From: an uncultured Methanosarcinales archaeon
Lineage (GTDB): Archaea > Nanobdellota > Nanobdellia > Woesearchaeales > GW2011-AR9
Reading direction: 5' to 3'
DNA: 57,944 bases
NCBI GenBank assembly: GCA_964542815.1
Contig: CAZIUU010000001.1
Location: 12,206 to 70,149, forward strand
The position numbers were made by a program, and so were the translations under genes. How positions within the stretch are numbered: position 1 is the stretch's first letter; the number at the start of each line of letters is the position of its first letter. Shown here in pieces: positions 25,069-34,975 of the stretch. Under the pieces are notes generated by a model that was not told the origin of the DNA, did no database searches, and worked only from the letters and a program-made list of their open reading frames with translations.

Positions 25069-26217
25069 TTAACAACACTTCTCTTTCTTTTCTTCTTCTA
25101 CTGGCTTCGGCGGTATTTCTATCCTGATATGCATATGATCGCCGTGTCTTTTGTCGGGATAAAAAGCTTTGCCGTATTTCTGCCATTCTTCTTTCCCATA
25201 TTTTTCTGTTACATACTTTTTTAATGGATAAACATATCTTTGGCTCCAGAAAATGTATTCTATCTCTGAATTAGGAGCATCTTGCAATGACTTGACAAAT
25301 CTCCAATTTACTTCCAAAGTTTCTGGAGTGAGCATCTTCATACTTAATCCCCTGAACCCGCTTTTGTACTCGCCGTTTTCGAACCAATAATGACCTACAT
25401 CTATATCTATTCCATGACGATGGCTTATGTGTGGAGGAAGCCTACCTCCTCGAGCACTGCTTAAATCGCCAACCGTAAGCACCGGATAATTCCCTGAATA
25501 GGAATAATAAACATTAGTTGCACAGGCAGCTAGAGCCACGCTGTTAATCAATTCTGTCGCTCCAAATTTGGTCCCGTTTTTTCGGGTGCGGATATAATCT
25601 GTATCTGGCATCTCTGCCCACTTTAAATGGTTGAAATTTCTTGAATTCGACAATGGATTTGGAACTTCAGTAGGCGTTACCGAATAACAACTGGCAGTTT
25701 TTTCTGCTGCCTCTTCTACCGCTAGCTCTAGTCCGGAAAAATCGGGCAAATTTAATTGCGATGATTCTAGTTCTGAAGCAAACTCATGTAATTCATCTTG
25801 GGTAAGTAATCCTAACGTGGCTCTTTCTATATTATTTTTTGATTTTGGTTTGTAAGTGCTGGCAGCAGCGGTTCTTTCACCAAGTTTTACTGAAGGTTGA
25901 TGATTGGTATAATAAGCAGTAACACACATGCCTCCGGTGATACCCATTGCTATTACTGTAGCAATAGAAAAAGCTGTTTTCGCCCAGGATGGAAACGAAG
26001 GAGATGGAAATGAGAAAGATGTTTTTATTTTAGGAGCTAAGGTCGGTGGGGGTTCATTCTCAATGCATGCCATTTCCCACAAACGGGATTCATACGACGG
26101 AATTAACTTTCTTAATTTATCATATCCCTCTTTAACACATACTACTATATCGTTTTTAGATATTCTTTCAGCTAGTGAGGGGGGTTCTTGTTTGTAATTG
26201 AGGTTTATCCTAATCAT
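25069..26217 (-). CDS. membrane-anchored LAS-family metallopeptidase resembling penicillin-insensitive murein endopeptidase MepA (peptidase M74)
   Basis: PHISHRHGIDIDVGH resembles the MepA H-x-SHQ-x-GLDVD site, and GDHMHIRIE resembles its DH-x-H site. TM helix AFSIATVIAMGITGGMCVTAYY lies upstream of the catalytic domain. Confidence 0.6.
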   Translation of the reverse strand: MIRINLNYKQEPPSLAERISKNDIVVCVKEGYDKLRKLIPSYESRLWEMACIENEPPPTLAPKIKTSFSFPSPSFPSWAKTAFSIATVIAMGITGGMCVTAYYTNHQPSVKLGERTAAASTYKPKSKNNIERATLGLLTQDELHEFASELESSQLNLPDFSGLELAVEEAAEKTASCYSVTPTEVPNPLSNSRNFNHLKWAEMPDTDYIRTRKNGTKFGATELINSVALAACATNVYYSYSGNYPVLTVGDLSSARGGRLPPHISHRHGIDIDVGHYWFENGEYKSGFRGLSMKMLTPETLEVNWRFVKSLQDAPNSEIEYIFWSQRYVYPLKKYVTEKYGKEEWQKYGKAFYPDKRHGDHMHIRIEIPPKPVEEEKKEKCC

Positions 26218-26336
26218 CGCCCAGAAAAACTCTTTCGTATAGAAAAAGTTCCTTAGAAATAGGCTTTTAATATTCTTTTATAAGTTTTTTGTATTTGTTG
26301 TATATGCATTAGATAGCTAAACAATTACTTGAGTAT

Positions 26337-27095
26337 TTACTTCCACCCTTCCAACATCTCCTCTTCCGCAAAGTGCAGTTTCCCTGGAATAATTAAACAA
26401 TGGGGTGGCTTCCCAAAATCAATTTTCTTCAATTCGGAAATTCTACCATATTTAATCATAACCTCTTCGCTGCCTAAACGCGCACAGCCGACTACTAATA
26501 AGTCTGGTGTTATAAGCTTGCTTTTCTTTCTCAATTCAATATCTTCCAGCACTTCTAACGCTTTATTGATGCTCAAATATTTGTTCTCAGCAGGCCTAAG
26601 ATCAAGAAGCATAAGAGTGTGCAACCCTAATTTCAGGTTGTCTTTAAGAACGGTATAAGGTGTTTCTAAGTTGGGATGCTCTTCAGGGAAAGGAATAGAG
26701 GTCGTCTTTCCGAATTTGTACAATTGCAATCCGGTTATTCCAATAGCAGTTAGAACCGAAGCATTGTGGATTACTTTTACCGAAACTTTCTTCTCTTTAG
26801 CCAGCCGGAACAGCTCGGTATGGGTGGTAGCTGAAAAAGGGTCGCCGATGATTAAAAATGCTACATCTTTGCTCTTAGCTTCATCTACTATTTTTTCTGC
26901 CCCTTGTTCAGACATCTCTCTATTAGCCAGAATAATTTTCTGTTCATAGAATTTCTCTAATTCTTGGATTGAACATTGCAAGAATGAAGTGTAATTTTCT
27001 AAATAGATCTTATCACACCTCCTAATTGCCTCTAGCCCTTTGAGGGTGATATCTTTTTCGTCATTCAAACCCAGGCCTATTAGGTATAAAACCAT
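26337..27095 (-). CDS. dph5: diphthine synthase
   Basis: MVLYLIGLGLNDEKDITLKGLEAIRRCDKIYLENYTS...LIIGDPFSATTH. Tetrapyrrole-methylase fold, Dph5 pattern. Confidence 0.9.
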   Translation of the reverse strand: MVLYLIGLGLNDEKDITLKGLEAIRRCDKIYLENYTSFLQCSIQELEKFYEQKIILANREMSEQGAEKIVDEAKSKDVAFLIIGDPFSATTHTELFRLAKEKKVSVKVIHNASVLTAIGITGLQLYKFGKTTSIPFPEEHPNLETPYTVLKDNLKLGLHTLMLLDLRPAENKYLSINKALEVLEDIELRKKSKLITPDLLVVGCARLGSEEVMIKYGRISELKKIDFGKPPHCLIIPGKLHFAEEEMLEGWK

Positions 27096-27107
27096 AAGAA
27101 TAAAACA

Positions 27108-27248
27108 TTACTTTGCTTTTTGAGTTGCTTTTACACTTTGCTGTAGTCTGGAGTTAGCTTTTCGTTGGATCTCTCGAAGGGCTTTAGTTCCGCTGACTAC
27201 TGCTCCTAACCTGAATTTTCTCTTGGTACGGCTATGCATTTTTTTCAT
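27108..27248 (-). CDS. small basic protein (46 aa, not in the ORF track)
   Basis: My own translation: MKKMHSRTKRKFRLGAVVSGTKALREIQRKANSRLQQSVKATQKAK. Fills the gap between elp3 and dph5 on the same strand. Family not recognised. Confidence 0.3.
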   Translation of the reverse strand: MKKMHSRTKRKFRLGAVVSGTKALREIQRKANSRLQQSVKATQKAK

Positions 27249-27270
27249 GGTGAGATAAGTGTTTCAACGA

Positions 27271-28977
27271 TTATTTATAAAGCTTTTTGGTCATATACAC
27301 CCTTTCCAACTTATATCCTAAGTTACGATAATACTCCCTTGCTCCTACTCCGGAGATAATCACCATTTTATCTTTCCCTGCTTTCTTAGCAATTTCTTCC
27401 GCTTTCTGTAGTAATTTCTTCCCCCAGCCGCGATGCTGCACGTTTCCCTCGTCACCAATACCAGTAGCCGTGCCATAAACATGCAGTTCTCGAATCAAAG
27501 CACTCTTAGAAGTAATCTCGGAGCGCAGAACCTGCGATGGAAAACGCATCCTGATAAATCCAATGAGCAAATCTTTTTCTGTATCTTCTGCTGAAATAAA
27601 GAATTCTTTTCCTCCAGATGCAATATAATTCATAACTTTAATCTTTACTTTATTCCAATTTATTTTCTCATTTTTTGGCTCTCGGCAGCGGATGCATCTG
27701 CACTTCACTTCATGATTCTGAGCCATATACTGCCGTAAATTAGTCATCTCTACTCCGGCGGTCATTTGAGTAGTAGGAATATCTCGCTGGATGCGCATTA
27801 TGCGGCAATATTCTGGCACGCTTTTCTTAAATTTCACCAATAATTTGGCTGCTTCATCAGCATTTAAAGGAATAAATTTCTTTTTCTGGTAATGAGAATA
27901 TAATTTAGTTCCGCGAGATACCATGCATGGATAAATTTTCAGCATATCTGGTTTGTAATCAGAATCAGAAAATAACTGTTTCATTCCGGCTAAATCTTTG
28001 CGGTAATTTGTCCTCTTAAAATCTTTATCCGGAAGTCCAGGCATGTAATGTGCTGCTACTTTAAATCCCAAATCGCGCAGGATTCGAATTGAATTTTTAG
28101 TATCAATTGTAGTATGTCCGCGTTCTATTTTTTTTAAAACTTTATCGTAAACGCTTTGTATTCCCAATTCTACTCTGGTGCAGCCTAATCTTAGCATTTC
28201 ATTTCCTTCTTTCAAAGTTCCATAATCTGGACGAGTTTCGATGCACAAAGCGACGCATCTAATCTTAGCGGTTTCGTTTAGGTGCTGGGCTTGCTCTAAA
28301 GTGCATTTCCATTTGAGTTTGAGCAGCTTTTCCTGTATTCTTTTCACCCGTAAATCATCTTCAATATCTGCCGGAAGCTCAAAAAAGCGTTTGAATTTTA
28401 GCAAGTTAAATCTTCCATCATGCTCTCTACTCTTGCCATAAAATAACCCCGAAAAATCATTCATCGCTTTGAATGCATACTTAATGAATTCTTCTTGATA
28501 CTCCTGCGGAAAACTGGGAAAAGTTCCTCCCATAATAATTAATTCCACTTTATCGCAATTATGTCCTTGTAAGATATACTGCTCTAAGCGGTTGAATACT
28601 TGCAGATATGGATCAAAGTTGTTTCTTATCCCCCGCATCGTAGCCGGCTCTCTGCCGGTGTAAGATTGAGGCACATCACCAAACTCGCTGTTAATTCCGC
28701 CGGGGCACATGATACATTTTCCATGCGGACAGGGAAACGGCTTAGTCATAATCGCTACCGGAGCAACTCCTGAAATAGTGCGCTGGGGCTTGCTAAGCAG
28801 CTTAGTTTTTAATTTAGGAAAATCTTTAGGAGTACAATGCAGTAAAACATCTATATTGGTTGGGACTTGATTTAATTTATATTTTTGAACTAATTCTAAC
28901 TTTAATTTGTCGTATTGCTTAGATGAAAGTCGCTGATGTTTAAGTGCAGAGATAAACTCGGAGTAAAACGTCGTCAT
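27271..28977 (-). CDS. elp3: Elp3-family radical-SAM/GNAT tRNA-modification enzyme
   Basis: Radical-SAM region ...KPFPCPHGKCIMCPGG...LIIMGGTFPS. C-terminal GNAT motif QHRGWGKKLLQKAEEIA. Confidence 0.9.
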   Translation of the reverse strand: MTTFYSEFISALKHQRLSSKQYDKLKLELVQKYKLNQVPTNIDVLLHCTPKDFPKLKTKLLSKPQRTISGVAPVAIMTKPFPCPHGKCIMCPGGINSEFGDVPQSYTGREPATMRGIRNNFDPYLQVFNRLEQYILQGHNCDKVELIIMGGTFPSFPQEYQEEFIKYAFKAMNDFSGLFYGKSREHDGRFNLLKFKRFFELPADIEDDLRVKRIQEKLLKLKWKCTLEQAQHLNETAKIRCVALCIETRPDYGTLKEGNEMLRLGCTRVELGIQSVYDKVLKKIERGHTTIDTKNSIRILRDLGFKVAAHYMPGLPDKDFKRTNYRKDLAGMKQLFSDSDYKPDMLKIYPCMVSRGTKLYSHYQKKKFIPLNADEAAKLLVKFKKSVPEYCRIMRIQRDIPTTQMTAGVEMTNLRQYMAQNHEVKCRCIRCREPKNEKINWNKVKIKVMNYIASGGKEFFISAEDTEKDLLIGFIRMRFPSQVLRSEITSKSALIRELHVYGTATGIGDEGNVQHRGWGKKLLQKAEEIAKKAGKDKMVIISGVGAREYYRNLGYKLERVYMTKKLYK

Positions 28978-29329
28978 ATTGAGATAGCACTTAATATTTA
29001 GTTATAAACCTATAGGAAATATTTTTAATATTTAGATAAATAAGTGAAATTATTTCCTAATAATCAAATCGCTTTATTTTAGTAAACATTTCCGATTATT
29101 AACGCGATTTGATATATCGTCGTTTAAACTAGATACCCATCAGGCTCTGTAGAAAATCTCGCTCGGTTGCTCGAATCAAAGTAAATCGTAATCGAGCACT
29201 GAGTGTTAGTCGCCATTGTTAGAATTGAAATGCACGAATAATATGGCTACCTCGCTGGTCAAGTTGACGATTTTCTACAGAACCTACTCATCAGTAAGAT
29301 TTATAACCTCTTTTGTTTTACTTGGGCTT

Positions 29330-29866
29330 ATGGTTGGGAATGAAGAGCCGTTGCCGCGCATAACCTTACAGTACACCGGACTGTTTGACTTTGATGGCCT
29401 ATTTGCGGCTATAATCGATTGGGCCAAGAACTATGGCTTTATGTGGCATGAATGGGAATATAAGCATAAAGTGCCTTCTCCTAAAGGAGCTGAAACTGAG
29501 CATAAGTGGGTGTTGAATAAATCAATAAATGAATATGTTCGTTATGAAATCTTGATTACGGTTCATGTATGGGATTTATTAGAAGTAGAAGTCGAAGTAG
29601 ATGGAAAGAAAAAGAGCCTTTCTAATGCTCGGATATATATTTGGTTAGAACCTAAAGTAATTTATGATTGGCAGAAGAAGTTCCAGAAAAGCGGGAAGAT
29701 TGGACAGAGATTGGGAGAATGGTACAACCAGTGGATGGATCGTGATTTATCTGCTTACTTAGACCAAGCCTATTACCGCAGCTGGGACTTGCAGGCTATC
29801 ATCAAGACTTACTTCGATATGCAGGGCAAGAAGTATGCGTATAAAGGATATCTGGGTGAAAGGTAG
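29330..29866 (+). CDS. hypothetical Trp/Tyr-rich protein (start moved to the internal ATG)
   Basis: The N-terminal 38 codons of the ORF-track model overlap a strongly paired region. MVGNEEPLPRITLQ starts at 29330. Confidence 0.45.
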   Translation: MVGNEEPLPRITLQYTGLFDFDGLFAAIIDWAKNYGFMWHEWEYKHKVPSPKGAETEHKWVLNKSINEYVRYEILITVHVWDLLEVEVEVDGKKKSLSNARIYIWLEPKVIYDWQKKFQKSGKIGQRLGEWYNQWMDRDLSAYLDQAYYRSWDLQAIIKTYFDMQGKKYAYKGYLGER

Positions 29867-29885
29867 TTTTTAATATTACTTTTTT

Positions 29886-30683
29886 TTACGGCTTTTTGGC
29901 TTTTTCCCATAAGACTTGGAAATGATTGATGTAAGCGTCGGCAACCTGTTTGTTTTTAATCATGATAATCATTGGTTTTTTCTCTTCATTATTGTAAAAG
30001 ACGCATAAAGCTACTTCGTCATTGCAGATGATGTTAGTTACATTATAATCTTCTTGTTCAAGATATTTTGCCTCAGTATAAGGGAGCGTATTAAGATACT
30101 TTATCCGCTCAATAGCTTCTTTACTATAAATGTGATACATCATCTGCTTTTGTTCCGCTCTACGTTTGTGAATCACTTCTTGGAAATATTTTCCAACTTT
30201 ATCTATCACAAATTTGGGTACGCTAAAAGCATAAATATTTCCTTTTAATTCTAAAAAATGAAGAAACATATTTCTAATAAAATCATATCCCTCATAGATT
30301 TGTACATCCTGTTTTTGGCTTAATTGCGTGCACAGGTTTAGCTCATGAATGATTTTATTAAGTTGAATTTCTTTTTCTTTTAAGATATTTTGTAATGCTG
30401 ATGGTGGTGCAGCCACATAGCACTTTTTCCCTTCATGAGTAACTTCTCCAACCAGCCCTTTCTCTTTTAACTTATTTACTGCATCATAAACGTTTACGCG
30501 ATGAATCCCGCTATGATCGGCAATCTTAGTTGCGGTGGCTAATCCTGTTTCGGTAAGAGAAAGATAGACACGTGCCTCATTTAGGGACATCCCCAATTCG
30601 ATAAGAATTTCCTCTTTCATGGCATTCATGATACCTCTTTTCTGCTCAAGTTTATATTTTTTGTGTATCTTTTGTGTATACAA
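29886..30683 (-). CDS. TrmB-family transcriptional regulator
   Basis: LGMSLNEARVYLSLTETGLATATKIADHSGIHRVNVYDAVNKLKEKGLV, plus a TrmB-type C-terminal domain. The start is probably MNAMKEE at 30629. Confidence 0.8.
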   Translation of the reverse strand: MYTQKIHKKYKLEQKRGIMNAMKEEILIELGMSLNEARVYLSLTETGLATATKIADHSGIHRVNVYDAVNKLKEKGLVGEVTHEGKKCYVAAPPSALQNILKEKEIQLNKIIHELNLCTQLSQKQDVQIYEGYDFIRNMFLHFLELKGNIYAFSVPKFVIDKVGKYFQEVIHKRRAEQKQMMYHIYSKEAIERIKYLNTLPYTEAKYLEQEDYNVTNIICNDEVALCVFYNNEEKKPMIIMIKNKQVADAYINHFQVLWEKAKKP

Positions 30684-30717
30684 ATAACCCTTGCCTCATT
30701 AATTAATGTTGTATACA
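30675..30717. promoter_or_regulatory. two TGTATACA palindromes 35 bp apart, in the divergent TrmB / kinase-operon control region
   Basis: TGTATACA occurs at 30675-30682 and 30710-30717. Candidate operator pair. Confidence 0.3.
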
Positions 30718-30870
30718 TTACTACTACACTGATTTTAGTAGGAGTTTGCTCGTTGGGTAAATAATTGCTTCCCTAGTCGTTCACTTTATGATAGTCAAAG
30801 CATTTAATTACTCTGTTAAGATAACAAGCTTTAAATATAAGTATCAGTTAACAGTTGATATTGGTGGGGT

Positions 30871-32136
30871 ATGGGTAGAAAAACTTTAGGGATACTGGGA
30901 AAAGGTCGTTTAATCGACAAATTCTGCGATTATCTTACAGATAGCCATTTCCTTTCTAAAAAAGAGACTTTTTTAGCTTGTGTTGATGAAGTCTGCTTTT
31001 ATAATTATGGGTATGTTAATGAAGAAATGTTTAGGAAAAGCAGATATTTTTCAGAAATTTGTCAAAAGTTTAAGTCTTTAAATGTTAATGTATCAGTGGA
31101 ACCCGACTTTAAGACGTTTATGGCTTCTGATGTGGTGGTAGATGCTTCTATGCCTGCGATTCCACCCACTTTGGGAGAGTTGGCAAATAGCCTGTTTGAG
31201 ATTCAGCAGTCTAAATCTGAGGGAAGAAGAATGCAGCCTTGGGCTGAAGGGGAGTACGAATCAATTAGAAGAAAGTCAGCACGAGAGTTAAAGGACTTTT
31301 GTTTAAAGAAAGAAAAAAATTGCGAAGTTGATTATACTTCATATTCTTCTGGTTTATCTGAGGGAAGAGTTGTTTCCAATCAAGAGGATTATAATCGAGA
31401 TTGGAATAAATCTTTAGAGATATTAAGAATTGTTGCTGAAACCGATATTAATTATCCTCTGGGGCTCCGATGCTTGAAACTTCTTCCTTTTGCTGTGCCC
31501 ATGATGCTAAATCGGGGGGAACAAATTCAAGAGATGGTGAAACAAGGCAAACCTTTGCCGGTGTATCTAAATCTCGTCAATGAACCATGCATGTCTTCCA
31601 CTTTGTTGACCGCAGTATGTCCAGAAATAATTCCTAAATTAGTTGCAGTGGTGTCTTATGATTTGGACCGTATCGAAACGGTTATGAATCAGAAGTATCA
31701 GGATATTAAGTTGAAAGAAGGTCTGGAGGGAATTAAACTTTCAGTATCAATGACAGGGTTTCATGATGATGATATTAATGTACCGATAATACATTCAGAA
31801 CGAAAAGAAGATGAAGCTAGTTTTATGAAATTATTTTCTAAGTTGGATTTCTCAACAGTATATCATTTTTTAATAGGAGAAGTAAATCGTTATATCAAAG
31901 CTTATGCAGTAGATGGCTTAGGTGATATCAATACTGAGGTTAGCCGTTCACTTCTATCAGCGATAGTTAATTCCTATGAAAGCTTAGGTAAAGTTTATAC
32001 AGTATACCCTTCTATAAATAATCGGCCGTTGTATAATGGCTATTTTCAGCAGTTAAATCCAAAGCAGGGGTTATTCATGATTGGGCCGCACCGCTTCAGA
32101 AACGGCGAAGTATTGCCAGTGGAGGTGGGGATATGA
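30871..32136 (+). CDS. uncharacterised protein with a Rossmann-like N-terminus; first gene of the kinase/phosphatase operon
   Basis: KTLGILGKGRLI (Gly-rich beta-alpha turn) ...ASDVVVDAS ...YLNLVNEPCMSS. The order loosely recalls LDH/MDH or GH4-type NAD folds, but this is not verified. Confidence 0.45.
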   Translation: MGRKTLGILGKGRLIDKFCDYLTDSHFLSKKETFLACVDEVCFYNYGYVNEEMFRKSRYFSEICQKFKSLNVNVSVEPDFKTFMASDVVVDASMPAIPPTLGELANSLFEIQQSKSEGRRMQPWAEGEYESIRRKSARELKDFCLKKEKNCEVDYTSYSSGLSEGRVVSNQEDYNRDWNKSLEILRIVAETDINYPLGLRCLKLLPFAVPMMLNRGEQIQEMVKQGKPLPVYLNLVNEPCMSSTLLTAVCPEIIPKLVAVVSYDLDRIETVMNQKYQDIKLKEGLEGIKLSVSMTGFHDDDINVPIIHSERKEDEASFMKLFSKLDFSTVYHFLIGEVNRYIKAYAVDGLGDINTEVSRSLLSAIVNSYESLGKVYTVYPSINNRPLYNGYFQQLNPKQGLFMIGPHRFRNGEVLPVEVGI

Positions 32137-33263
32137 ATACTACTGAATTTATGCAGATGGAAAAATTTAAAGCAATAACTTCAGTAATTACTTTAATAAG
32201 CAAGCTATCTGAACATGACTCCAGGATGACTTTTCCGGTTAAGCAAGAAAAGAGAGTTAGAGTGGACTTAAATTTATGGAATGATCTCTTTCTCCTATCC
32301 GATAAATCAATCTATCATATATCTCAAAATGTGAGAGATAGCAGTTGGAAACTTAAAGAAAAACCTCTGTTTAATGGGAAGCATTATTCTTGCCTTACTT
32401 CGTTTATCGTCGATGGAATTAAGTATACCGCAGCAGGGTATGGGAAGAACAGGTATAGGAGTGCAAGTTTCGGGATTGATATCACCAATCTGGCTGATGA
32501 TGAAACTGGTCAGGAAAGAAAAAACGTAACGTTTAATTTAGATTCAAATCGCGGATTTGATGGAGTTGGTATACTGCGTGGAGACACCGTTTATGATGTA
32601 TCAATTGTTGGTTCTCACCCAGAAGCAGGCATAATTAAAGTTCCATTGGAAGAGCTGGTGGAGAAAGATACATTGGCCATTGATCCTACTAATATCGGAA
32701 AGTATACTTTGTATGAAAACCCAAATAAGCAACAGCATGCTCCGTTAAAAGTGCATAAAAATAAGCTTTATCTAGGGCAGGATAAGACAGTGGTAGTCTT
32801 AGGTGCTACTGGGACAGTGGAAGCAGAGATGGAAGTTCCAATAATGGGGAATATTAAAGTGATTGAAGTAGATGATGAAGGAAATATCTTTTCAGGAACG
32901 GATAATGGGATTATTTATCGCAATCAAAGCAGTTTTTATGTCGGAAAGGAATTGCGCAGTATAACTAAAGTGTGTTGGGGAAAGCTTGGTAGCCACGAAG
33001 GACTTTTTTTCACGGGGGAGATGGAGCATGGCGGAGTTGGCCCGGTCTTATTTAAAGAAGGAACTGGCGGAAAGCCAGAAGAGGCTTGTTTCATACCCGG
33101 ATTAATTGACTTTGGGTATCGTGGCAGTATAAGCAGCAGAGATATGAGAGAAAATATAATTATTTTAACGTCCGGGGAGCTGATTGTTGGTGCTAAAAGA
33201 GTAACTATTTCGGGGTTTGATGCTAATTTAAGATTTAAAACAATTTATGTGGGGGGGAGTTAA
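32133..33263 (+). CDS. beta-rich (propeller-like) protein, unknown function
   Basis: 4-nt ATGA overlap with the upstream gene. Repeated short beta-strand/Gly-Asp turn patterns (IKVIEVDDEGNIFSGTDNGIIY). Confidence 0.45.
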   Translation: MNTTEFMQMEKFKAITSVITLISKLSEHDSRMTFPVKQEKRVRVDLNLWNDLFLLSDKSIYHISQNVRDSSWKLKEKPLFNGKHYSCLTSFIVDGIKYTAAGYGKNRYRSASFGIDITNLADDETGQERKNVTFNLDSNRGFDGVGILRGDTVYDVSIVGSHPEAGIIKVPLEELVEKDTLAIDPTNIGKYTLYENPNKQQHAPLKVHKNKLYLGQDKTVVVLGATGTVEAEMEVPIMGNIKVIEVDDEGNIFSGTDNGIIYRNQSSFYVGKELRSITKVCWGKLGSHEGLFFTGEMEHGGVGPVLFKEGTGGKPEEACFIPGLIDFGYRGSISSRDMRENIIILTSGELIVGAKRVTISGFDANLRFKTIYVGGS

Positions 33264-33264
33264 A

Positions 33265-34902
33265 ATGGTCGGTACAATAAGATTAACTAATGCATTAGAT
33301 AACAACGTAGAAGAGTATGAAATCGTAAGGGAAATTGGTTCCGGCACTACTGGAGTAGCTTACGAAGTTAGGCGTGAGGGTAGGATTTATGCGGCGAAAG
33401 AATGTACTTCTGATAGTAGAGATGATTTCATGCGTGATGCTGAAAAAATTTATCGTCATCCACCTTTGCATTTTGTAAAAATTTTAAGTTATGGCTCAGC
33501 AGATGTTTCTTATGAAGACCAAACTCGTAATAATCCGCTTTCGGTAATGGAATATGGAGGAAGCAACTTGCAGCAGGTGGGTGAGTTCATACGCACCAAT
33601 GCCGAAGCTTTAGTGGGAAGCCAAAACGCGGTGAAAGCCTTTGGGTATAAAGTATTGTACACGGTTCTGGAAAGTGTGTCTAAGCTTCATCAGGATAGTG
33701 GATGGCATGGTGACTTAGTGCCTACTAATATCCTGTGCGGATTTGATTTATCTGATTTTAAAGAAGTAACTGATGTTGCGCAGTTAGAGGACAGATTAAT
33801 TTATGAGCCGGTAAAATTGTGTGATAGCAGCCCTAGCGGAAGGGTAGGTTCATTGCGGTCAATGAAAGTAAAAGATTTTACTAAATTACATCCTCGAGAT
33901 AGTGCACTTTACCGGCATCTGTTAAGGCCGGAAGATGATTCTCAGAAACAGGATGTTAATGATTTGGCCGGTTACCTGTGGTGGTTTTTAGGTGGAAATA
34001 CCAAAAGCCCAAGTTTTTTTACTGGAATTGTTAAAGCATATGATGATGAAGGAAATTTGACAGTTTCAGTAGAGGATATGCTTGCTGGGGTTAAAGCTAA
34101 ATTATCCACGGAGAAAACTTTAATCGAACACAGAGCCAGAATCAAAGATGGCGAAAATTTTCCGTTAGTTTTAAGGCCGGGAGATGCATTTAGGTTGTCA
34201 TTTACTTCTAAAGTTCCACTTTCTACTGGCTCCGCGTTTAACGCGATGTACGTTGATGCTAAAAATTCCTATGACAAGATGCTTAAGCTGGGAGCGGGGG
34301 TAGTGCCTGCTGACGAAGAGAGAAGAATGCAGGACAGCCTTAAAGAGTTTGTGCTGGTTTCGGTTATAGATATACACAATAAATATCAACAGAAGCTTGA
34401 TGCTGGTCTGGAGCCATCAAAGAAGAAGGATACTTTGACCAAGAAGTTGAACACAAAAGGTAACAAACTGAAAACATTAGAGGCTGAGCTCAGTTCAGCT
34501 AAAACGAAAGCCACAGAGGCTGGAAGTACTTCTGTCAGTGATATTATTGATAAAGATAAATTTGCAGCTTATTCTCATGCGCGCGAGGTAGTTGAAGGGT
34601 TATCTAGCCAGCTTAGTAGTGTTCGTGATGGAATTAATGATATAAATGCAGAGCTGAAAGAAGTTGAGGGTAGGCTTAGTGTATATAACTATGAGGAAGA
34701 GTTGAATGCACTGAAAGAGGCTTCTGAGAAATGCCCTCCTGCGGTTTTTGCAGGAGAATTTAAAGAAATGATGGATTACTTCAACCCAAATTTATCTCCT
34801 TCCCCCCAACCACTGCCAGCAGCAGAAGTGGCTCAGCGCTGCCGCAAGATTATCATTACCAATAATTTATGGGAAAAAGTTGAATCATTATTGCCAAGAT
34901 AG
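33265..34902 (+). CDS. divergent Ser/Thr protein kinase-like protein with a C-terminal coiled coil
   Basis: G-loop IGSGTTGVAY, Lys RIYAAKE, catalytic loop HGDLVPTNIL (HRD to HGD), VKLCDSS in place of DFG. Long heptad region at 34380-34700. The ATG at 33265 is preceded by GGGGGGAG. Confidence 0.65.
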   Translation: MVGTIRLTNALDNNVEEYEIVREIGSGTTGVAYEVRREGRIYAAKECTSDSRDDFMRDAEKIYRHPPLHFVKILSYGSADVSYEDQTRNNPLSVMEYGGSNLQQVGEFIRTNAEALVGSQNAVKAFGYKVLYTVLESVSKLHQDSGWHGDLVPTNILCGFDLSDFKEVTDVAQLEDRLIYEPVKLCDSSPSGRVGSLRSMKVKDFTKLHPRDSALYRHLLRPEDDSQKQDVNDLAGYLWWFLGGNTKSPSFFTGIVKAYDDEGNLTVSVEDMLAGVKAKLSTEKTLIEHRARIKDGENFPLVLRPGDAFRLSFTSKVPLSTGSAFNAMYVDAKNSYDKMLKLGAGVVPADEERRMQDSLKEFVLVSVIDIHNKYQQKLDAGLEPSKKKDTLTKKLNTKGNKLKTLEAELSSAKTKATEAGSTSVSDIIDKDKFAAYSHAREVVEGLSSQLSSVRDGINDINAELKEVEGRLSVYNYEEELNALKEASEKCPPAVFAGEFKEMMDYFNPNLSPSPQPLPAAEVAQRCRKIIITNNLWEKVESLLPR

Positions 34903-34975
34903 GGGGCGATAACCTTAAACATTAATATTTAAACCTTAACACCCAAACATTAACATTAAGTCTGGAGATAAAATA

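Noticed and set aside
27108-27248. Resemblance of the 46-aa basic ORF (..GTKALREIQRKANS..) to the histone H3 alphaN segment (..GTVALREIRRYQKS..).
   Set aside because: The match covers only about 12 residues and the ORF is far too short to contain a histone fold, so it is probably coincidence. The ORF is kept as a low-confidence CDS only.
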